Source: Nostoc sp. PCC 7120 = FACHB-418
Lineage (GTDB): Bacteria; Cyanobacteriota; Cyanobacteriia; Cyanobacteriales; Nostocaceae
Length of the DNA: 32,000 bases
NCBI RefSeq assembly: GCF_000009705.1
Contig: NC_003272.1
Location: 3,360,001-3,392,000, forward strand
Direction: 5' to 3'
The stretch's first letter is position 1. Every line of letters begins with the position of its first letter. The notes under the pieces are model-generated. The model saw nothing but the letters and a program-made list of their open reading frames with translations. It made no database searches and was not told the DNA's origin. Below are positions 26,587 through 32,000 of this stretch, piece by piece. Both the position numbers and the translations under genes were made by a program.

Positions 26587-26874
26587 TTAAGTTGCAGCTT
26601 TATGTAGTGCAGCTAGTCTTTCATACTCTGCTTGTTCTTCTGCCAAATCTGTATCAATTTCTTCCCGGTTAGCATGATAGTAAGTTATCGCTGCATAGAC
26701 CTGCGCTATATTCAAATGGTTTTTGTCAGCAGCAATTTCTTCGGCGTTATAACCTTGCTTATATAAAGCTGCAATTCGACGCACAGATGTACCTGTTCCG
26801 GCAATAATGGGACGACCACCACGGAAGTTAGAATCTCTGGTAATAAGTGTACCGATATCAGTGATAGTTACCAA
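26587..26874 (-). CDS. DUF433-domain protein (antitoxin-like HTH)
   Basis: 95-aa ORF. GGRPIIAGTGTSVRRIAALYKQGYNAEEIAADKNHLNIAQVYAAITYYHANREEID matches the DUF433 signature. Confidence 0.85.
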   Translation of the reverse strand: MVTITDIGTLITRDSNFRGGRPIIAGTGTSVRRIAALYKQGYNAEEIAADKNHLNIAQVYAAITYYHANREEIDTDLAEEQAEYERLAALHKAAT

Positions 26875-27053
26875 GGTTTGTTCCTCGATATTTTGTTTTT
26901 ACATAAACTAGGTTAACATTCCCATCGCTTGGCAGTATTTCACATTCAATTGCAGCAAAACAATGATCTCGTTCCGCGCGATCGCCTACAATATGGCAAA
27001 GCGATCGCAACGCGATTTAAGGAACTACCAGATCAAAAAATATCCAAGATGTA

Positions 27054-27112
27054 GGGTGCGTCAGTGCGATAGAACCTAAATATACTCAGCAATTATTCAT
27101 GCTGACGCACCC
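27054..27112 (-). terminator. Inverted repeat GGGTGCGTCAG-N37-CTGACGCACCC downstream of the NB-ARC/TPR gene
   Basis: 11-bp perfect arms seen in the sequence, starting 16 nt after the stop at 27128. The large loop makes terminator function uncertain, and it may be a dispersed palindromic element. Confidence 0.35.
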
Positions 27113-27127
27113 CACCAAACTACCCAA

Positions 27128-29920
27128 TTAATGACGATTTAGCGATCGCCATAACCAGTAGAATGGTAAAAAGAATATTCTCAACAATAATTGTAAAATT
27201 CTACCTAATTGCCGTCGCCAAATAGCAACGGGAGTTAACTGGCGTTGCAGAAATGCCAAGTTTCCTCGAATTACCACCGTAGTGGGATGATTAACCCCTA
27301 ACACCCGTTGACACATCTGCAAAGCTTCCAAGTACAGGGGTTCGGCTTCTCCATACCTGCTTTGGCTTTCATAAAGTAGAGCTAAATTGTTTAAGCTAAT
27401 AACCATATCGGGATGGTCGCCCACAAACAGACGCTTTCTCATGGCTAAAGCTTCCAAGTACAGGGATTTGGCTTCTCCATACCTGCCTTGGCTTTTGTAA
27501 AGTGCAGCTAAATTGTTCAAGCTAATAACCATATCGGGATGGTCGCCCACAAACAGACGCTTTCTCATGGCTAAAGCTTCCAAGTACAGGGATTTGGCTT
27601 CTCCATACCTGCCTTGGCTTTTGTAAAGTGCAGCTAAATTGTTCAAGCTAGTAGCCACATCGGGATGGTCGCCCACAAACAGGCGCTTTCTCATGGCTAA
27701 AGCTTCCGAATACAAGGGTTCGGCTTCTCCATACCTGCCTTGGCTACGGTAAAGTCCAGCTAAATTGTTCAAGCTACTAGCTACATCGGGATGGTCGCCG
27801 ACAAACAGGCGCTTTGTCATGGCTAAGGCATCAATGTACAGGGGTTCGGCTTCTCCATACCTGTCTTGGCTACGGTAAAGTCCAGCTAAATTGTTCAAGC
27901 TACTAGCTACATCGGGATGGTCGCCGACAAACAGGCGCTTTGTCATGGCTAAGGCATCAATGTACAGGGGTTCGGCTTCTCCATACCTGCCTTGGCTACG
28001 GTAAAGTTCAGCTAAATTGTTCAAGCTACTAGCTACATCGGGATGGTCGCCGACAAACAGGCGCTTTGTCATGGCTAAGGCATCAATGTACAGGGGTTCG
28101 GCTTCTCCATACCTGCCTTGGCTACGGTAAAGTCCAGCTAAATTGTTCAAGCTACTAGCTACATCGGGATGGTCGCCGACAAACAGGCGCTTTGTCATGG
28201 CTAAGGCATCAATGAACAGGGGTTCGGCTTCTCCATACCTGCCTTGGCTACGGTAAAGTTCAGCTAAATTGTTCAAGCTAGTAGCCACATTGGGATGGTC
28301 ACCCACAAACAGACGCTTTGTCATGGCTAAGGCATCAATGTACAGGGGTTCGGCTTCTCCATACCTGCCTTGGCTATAGTAAAGTCCAGCTAAATTGTTC
28401 AAGTTTAGTGCGACATCGAAATTGTCGCCCACAAACAGGCGCTTTGTCATCGCTAAAGCATCAATAAACAGGGGTTCTGCTTCTCTATACCTGCCTTGGC
28501 TACGGTAAAGTTCAGCTAAATTGTTCAAGCTAGTAGCCATATTGGGATGGTCGCCTGGAAATACAGCTTGGCAAACCTTGAGGCATTCCTGATTCCAAGG
28601 TTCTGCTAATTGATATAGTCCTTGTCCGTTGTAAAATCTGGCTACGCCCACAAATACCCAAATTACTTCATCATTGGGGACTGATGCTGGGGAATTTATC
28701 TGTTCCTCACCTGCTTGATTAATGTCGTCAATTACCCGATTTCCTAAGTCTTCAATGTGGGGAACAACATCTTTGATGCGTTCGATATCCTTCGAGGTGG
28801 GTAACGGAGGAAGACTTTGAGCTTTATTTATCATCGCCCAAGCAAAGGTGTTTTCTAAAACCGCTTTCATCTCCCAAGCATCAGTTAATTGTTCTTGCAA
28901 GAACCACCGCACTAGAGTATGAATTTGATAATATCCTTGGCTGTCTTGTACCAGTTGCAGCAAGTTACGTTTGTAGAGTTGCTTTTTTGCCTCGTTTAAT
29001 TCCTCTGCTGACAAACCTAACCCCCCTAACCCCCCTTCTCTACCAGGGCATGGGGGAATTAAAGCCTCTCCCCGCGTCGGGGAGAGGTTTGGAGAGGGGT
29101 CATCTTCTTCCTCTCCTCCACTAGTCGCCACCCACACCACCAAATCCCACAGAATGGACTGGGGAGAAAATAAACTCAAAAATCTGCCTAATTGTTGGGC
29201 TAATGGGTCAAGTTCTGACCATGTTAAAGCAAAGGCGGCTTTCACTCCCAATTGGGTTGAGGTGAGGGTTTCCCGGTTTTGTAAGGCTGCTTCTGCTAAT
29301 TTGCGCTGTTGCAATTGTTCTAACATGACATCTAGAAACAAATCCGGGTCTTGTCGCAAATAAGCCCCCACTAACTCTATCCCCAAAGGCAAATATTCCA
29401 GAGATTTACAAATTGCGTTGGCAAAGACTGGTTGATTATCAACTCGCCTGTCTGTGTTTCCCAACAGTCCTTTTAACAGTTCTAATGCTTTGTCTGGTTC
29501 TTTTTCTGGGGAAAGAACATCTAAGGGAATATCTTGAATAAAATTTGGTTCTAAATTCCGCAGGCGAGTAGTCACTAAAACGCGAAAACGGTTATCAGTG
29601 GGGATAACTTCCCGTAAGTTGGCTAGGTCTGTGACATCATCAAAAATAATTAATATGGGTAAAAGAGATTCAGCATATTGCAGCCAACACCAAGCGATTT
29701 GTTCCTTGAGGGTTAATAGTCTTCCCCCTAGTTCTTGGGGAATCTCTAAACCAAGACCGATAAAAGACTCCAAAATTCCGGCGGCGAGATTGTTGGCTCT
29801 ATCATTAAACCAAGCAACACCATCATAATTAGCTTGATATCGTCTGGCGTATTGGGTGGCTAATTCGGTTTTGCCTATGCCTCCCATCCCTGATATTGCC
29901 ACATAATTACCACGCTGCAA
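27128..29920 (-). CDS. NLR-like STAND NTPase: NB-ARC (AP-ATPase) domain plus ten 42-aa TPR units. The called TTG start is almost certainly not the real N-terminus.
   Basis: Walker A GMGGIGKT, Walker B LLPILIIFDDV, RVLVTTR and the GLPL-like YLPLGIELVGAYL are present. Ten tandem HPDVASSLNNLAGLYRSQGRYGEAEPLYIDALAMTKRLFVGD units follow. The frame stays open upstream (…PRGSVHFVGREQELRLLHEDL) back to an in-frame TGA at 30032-30034, with no ATG/GTG/TTG in between. Confidence 0.9.
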   Translation of the reverse strand: MQRGNYVAISGMGGIGKTELATQYARRYQANYDGVAWFNDRANNLAAGILESFIGLGLEIPQELGGRLLTLKEQIAWCWLQYAESLLPILIIFDDVTDLANLREVIPTDNRFRVLVTTRLRNLEPNFIQDIPLDVLSPEKEPDKALELLKGLLGNTDRRVDNQPVFANAICKSLEYLPLGIELVGAYLRQDPDLFLDVMLEQLQQRKLAEAALQNRETLTSTQLGVKAAFALTWSELDPLAQQLGRFLSLFSPQSILWDLVVWVATSGGEEEDDPSPNLSPTRGEALIPPCPGREGGLGGLGLSAEELNEAKKQLYKRNLLQLVQDSQGYYQIHTLVRWFLQEQLTDAWEMKAVLENTFAWAMINKAQSLPPLPTSKDIERIKDVVPHIEDLGNRVIDDINQAGEEQINSPASVPNDEVIWVFVGVARFYNGQGLYQLAEPWNQECLKVCQAVFPGDHPNMATSLNNLAELYRSQGRYREAEPLFIDALAMTKRLFVGDNFDVALNLNNLAGLYYSQGRYGEAEPLYIDALAMTKRLFVGDHPNVATSLNNLAELYRSQGRYGEAEPLFIDALAMTKRLFVGDHPDVASSLNNLAGLYRSQGRYGEAEPLYIDALAMTKRLFVGDHPDVASSLNNLAELYRSQGRYGEAEPLYIDALAMTKRLFVGDHPDVASSLNNLAGLYRSQDRYGEAEPLYIDALAMTKRLFVGDHPDVASSLNNLAGLYRSQGRYGEAEPLYSEALAMRKRLFVGDHPDVATSLNNLAALYKSQGRYGEAKSLYLEALAMRKRLFVGDHPDMVISLNNLAALYKSQGRYGEAKSLYLEALAMRKRLFVGDHPDMVISLNNLALLYESQSRYGEAEPLYLEALQMCQRVLGVNHPTTVVIRGNLAFLQRQLTPVAIWRRQLGRILQLLLRIFFLPFYWLWRSLNRH
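27290..28549 (-). repeat. Ten tandem 126-bp TPR-coding units, several nearly identical at the DNA level
   Basis: The motif CTACATCGGG recurs at 27781, 27907, 28033 and 28159 (period exactly 126), and I saw only 1-3 nt differences per unit. A second near-identical pair lies at about 27403 and 27529. Confidence 0.95.
29018..29104. repeat. Small palindromic GC-rich repeat element embedded in-frame in the NB-ARC/TPR gene
   Basis: CCTAACCCCCCTAACCCCCCTTCTC...CCTCTCCCC-GCGTC-GGGGAGAGG-TTTGGAGAGGGGTC, with a perfect hairpin at 29065-29087. It encodes DPSPNLSPTRGEALIPPCPGREGGLGGLG. It resembles the CCCTCTCC/GGGGAGAGG element at 9100-9160. Confidence 0.55.
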
Positions 29921-30031
29921 ATCTTCATGCAGCAGTCTGAGTTCCTGTTCTCGACCGACGAAATGAACGGAACCACGAGGTATATATTTTGTGGGGGTTA
30001 ACTTTGTCTGTTCCCTGCCAGACGACTGTAG

Positions 30032-30472
30032 TCAAAAATTAAAACTACTACCTCTTTGGTCAATAGTTTGATTTTGTGCGGCATTAACTGCTTTTTGAAT
30101 GTTTTGGTTAAAAGTTGTAGGAAATGGATGTTGCGATTTTTCTATGGTTGCTTTAATTTCTTCGAGAATTTGAGCCAAATTTTTGGGAGGATTAACTTCT
30201 GCTGCTGCGGCTAATTCCTGTACAGCTTGCTTAACTTCTGGGTGCGCTTGAGTTGCTGTTTCTACATCAATTACAGCTTTACCATAATCCAGGGGTTCGT
30301 CTGATGCTTTTTCAATGGCGACTACAGTCTGGGGAGAGTGTTTTCTCAAGGTGACGAGAAACTTACTAGTTTTATCCCAGAGAGTTTCACCGATTATTTC
30401 CCCGGTTCTTTCTAAGGCTTTGGTGGCTAGGACTGTGCCAATGGCGATCGCCGCAGTAGTTAGTGGTTCCAT
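30032..30472 (-). CDS. 146-aa all-helical ORF with a hydrophobic N-terminal helix and Q/N-rich tail; a probable N-terminal effector module of the downstream NLR-like gene (same frame, separated by one TGA)
   Basis: MEPLTTAAIAIGTVLATKALERTGEIIGETLW... has a hydrophobic/amphipathic first helix. The tail is TFNQNIQKAVNAAQNQTIDQRGSSFNF. The stop TGA 30034..30032 lies exactly 38 codons, in frame, upstream of the called NB-ARC start. Confidence 0.7.
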   Translation of the reverse strand: MEPLTTAAIAIGTVLATKALERTGEIIGETLWDKTSKFLVTLRKHSPQTVVAIEKASDEPLDYGKAVIDVETATQAHPEVKQAVQELAAAAEVNPPKNLAQILEEIKATIEKSQHPFPTTFNQNIQKAVNAAQNQTIDQRGSSFNF

Positions 30473-30556
30473 GTACTATTTTATTATCGGCATATCTTTT
30501 ATTAACACATGGCTGGTGTGTATATTCCCGTAATTTAAGCGGGAAATTTAGATTTT

Positions 30557-30618
30557 CGGGGATTTTTAACGCGGAGGGTCGCGGAGGTAAGCGCAGAGGG
30601 GCGCGGAGTGTAAGAGGC
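30557..30618. repeat. Dispersed GC-rich CGCGGAGG/CGCAGAGG repeat beginning with GGGGATTTTTAA (copy B)
   Basis: CGGGGATTTTTAACGCGGAGGGTCGCGGAGGTAAGCGCAGAGGGGCGCGGAGTGTAAGAGG shares its blocks with 15911-15983. Confidence 0.6.
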
Positions 30619-30641
30619 TGTCTGTCGGAGATTATCGTCCA

Positions 30642-30830
30642 CAATCAACTTAGTTTCGTGACGAATCAACTTAGTTTGGTGACCAATCAACTCAGTTTCG
30701 TGACCAATCAATTTAGTTTCGTGACCAATCAACTTAGTTTCGTGACCAATCAACTTAGTTTCGTGACCAATCAACTTAGTTTCGTGACCAATCAACTCAG
30801 TTTCGTGACCAATCAACTTAGTTTCGTGAC
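30642..30830. repeat. Nine tandem copies of the 21-bp unit CAATCAACTTAGTTTCGTGAC
   Basis: Units start at 30642, 30663, 30684, 30705, 30726, 30747, 30768, 30789 and 30810, with 0-2 substitutions each. The array is open in frames on both strands only because 21 is a multiple of 3 and the unit has no stop. Confidence 0.95.
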
Positions 30831-30929
30831 CAACGCAAGTTTTTTCAGTGAGTTCACTAGCACACAGATATAACATTATGGAGTAATAAGCTATTCTGCT
30901 TTTAAGTTGCATAATCAATCGTGAAGGCT

Positions 30930-30957
30930 GTTAACAGTCAACCGTCAACCGTCAACA
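30930..30957. repeat. STRR heptamer run (GTCAACC-type x4)
   Basis: GTTAACA GTCAACC GTCAACC GTCAACA read directly. Confidence 0.75.
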
Positions 30958-31176
30958 ACTTTTATTAGTAGTTACTAGTCTTTGTGCATAAAAAACACAA
31001 GTCACATCTATTGAAATAATGTAGGGAATTTTTTCTGGAAATCAGGAATGCTGTAAGTTGAGTTTGTAGTTAACAATCACAATGCAATATCTATACAGAT
31101 ATGGCTGTAGCTTGTTTTTATTTGTGATTTCCGGTGATTTGGCTACGAGTAATTATTTAACAAAAAACGTAGGTTA

Positions 31177-31563
31177 ATGATGAATAGTCAAATTTATAGT
31201 GTAGCGATCGCATTACCAACTATATTACTCACTGCTTTGCCTAGCTTGGCAAGCAATAATTATAACGCTTCCCAGATTCAGAGACTAGATGCTAGTTACA
31301 TTGCCCAGATACCAAGCACTGGTGTAGATGAAGTATCAAGACCTAGACCCCGTGGCCCCGGTGGTCATGAAATTGAAGCCGTACAAGAAACAACTATAAT
31401 TAATCCGTCAGGATTACGGGAACGTCCTAGACCAAGAGGGCCAAAGGGTTCTGAAGACGGAATTAATGCAATACAAGGGCAATTCCTTCACTTATCACCC
31501 ACATTATTAAACCAACCCAAATTAGAAGGTGTTCAAAATTCCAAATTTAAAACTCAATATTAA
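31177..31563 (+). CDS. Small secreted hypothetical protein with a duplicated RPRPRGP(G/K)G motif
   Basis: 128-aa ORF with the signal peptide MMNSQIYSVAIALPTILLTALPSLAS. The two copies are SRPRPRGPGGHEIEAVQ and ERPRPRGPKGSEDGINAIQ. Confidence 0.55.
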   Translation: MMNSQIYSVAIALPTILLTALPSLASNNYNASQIQRLDASYIAQIPSTGVDEVSRPRPRGPGGHEIEAVQETTIINPSGLRERPRPRGPKGSEDGINAIQGQFLHLSPTLLNQPKLEGVQNSKFKTQY

Positions 31564-31767
31564 ACCAATTCGCAATGGACTAACGAAATGACGTAAACGT
31601 GTACTTTCACCTTCTACAATTCCCTTGACAACTTGCCAATCGCCAAAGTTAAGTGAGGAAAATCCTTAACTTTTCTACATCGACAGCCACGGGCAGTACC
31701 TCTATAAATATAGCAGTCAACTTTGTAAAGTATCGCATTAATTCAGAATTGTCAGGCAGAGATACCC

Positions 31768-32000
31768 GTGCAAAAACTAACTTCATCCTACGAATATCAA
31801 GTTGGCGGTCGTCTCAGAGTTGATGCACCTAGCTATGTAGTACGGCAGGCAGACAAAGAGCTTTACAATGCTCTCAAAGCAGGTGAGTTTTGTTACGTTC
31901 TCAACTGTCGGCAGATGGGTAAATCTAGCTTGCGGGTGCAGGTTACTAAACGTCTGCAAGAAGATGGTATTGCTTGTACAACAGTTGACCTCTCAGGAAT
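31768..32000 (+). CDS. 5' end (77 codons, runs off the window) of an AAA-like/STAND-type ATPase
   Basis: GTG 31768 opens [77 protein letters not shown]. The YQVGG...YV.R.AD.ELY..L..GE...[11 protein letters not shown]-terminus is characteristic of the cyanobacterial 'AAA-like domain' (AAA_35-type) proteins I recall. There is no stop before the window end. Confidence 0.7.
   Translation, partial: MQKLTSSYEYQVGGRLRVDAPSYVVRQADKELYNALKAGEFCYVLNCRQMGKSSLRVQVTKRLQEDGIACTTVDLSG

Noticed and set aside
29154-29828. Plus-strand ORFs 29154..29363 and 29598..29828
   Set aside because: They are antisense to the NB-ARC domain, which has a full motif set. No motifs were seen.
30463-30918. ORFs 30463..30873+ (NQLSFVT heptads) and 30535..30918- (LIGHETK heptads) as real repeat proteins
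   Set aside because: Both are open only because the 21-bp unit lacks stops. Both extend into obvious non-coding dispersed repeats and into the leader of the NLR locus. Both lack convincing starts or RBS. They cannot be fully excluded without expression data.

Overview
The window looks like a chromosomal segment from a filamentous, heterocyst-forming cyanobacterium of the Nostoc/Anabaena type. This is inferred from frequent HIP1 palindromes (GCGATCGC, e.g. 629-636, 1591-1598, 4424-4431, 5587-5594, 7244-7251, 7596-7603), several STRR-type heptamer arrays in intergenic DNA, and the gene content. Most of 0-26.4 kb is ordinary core metabolism and housekeeping: an Fe-ADH-like dehydrogenase translationally coupled to an aminotransferase, ArsR, a secreted pentapeptide/TPR protein, TenA, a GT2-GtrA glycosyltransferase, ilvD, an orphan histidine kinase, a FAD oxidoreductase, an RRM RNA-binding protein, topA, aroQ, an ARH-fold protein, a 7TM-HD (PgpH-like) hydrolase and a Tat-signal FAD/Rieske oxidoreductase. 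Small mobile or decayed DNA is scattered through it: one complete IS630-family element with an A10 frameshift site, a short MITE that shares its inverted repeats, a cytochrome P450 3' remnant, CRISPR-repeat-like tandem units and palindromic elements. The most interesting part is 26.5-32 kb. It holds a DUF433 antitoxin-like gene with a decayed partner, then an NLR-like STAND gene (NB-ARC plus ten almost identical 42-aa TPR units). The NB-ARC reading frame continues upstream, across a single in-frame TGA, into a 146-aa helical ORF that looks like an N-terminal effector module. Upstream of that lie a 9 x 21-bp tandem array, a small secreted repeat protein, and the 5' end of a second AAA/STAND-type ATPase at the window edge. 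All functional calls rest on motif recognition by eye. No database searches were run.
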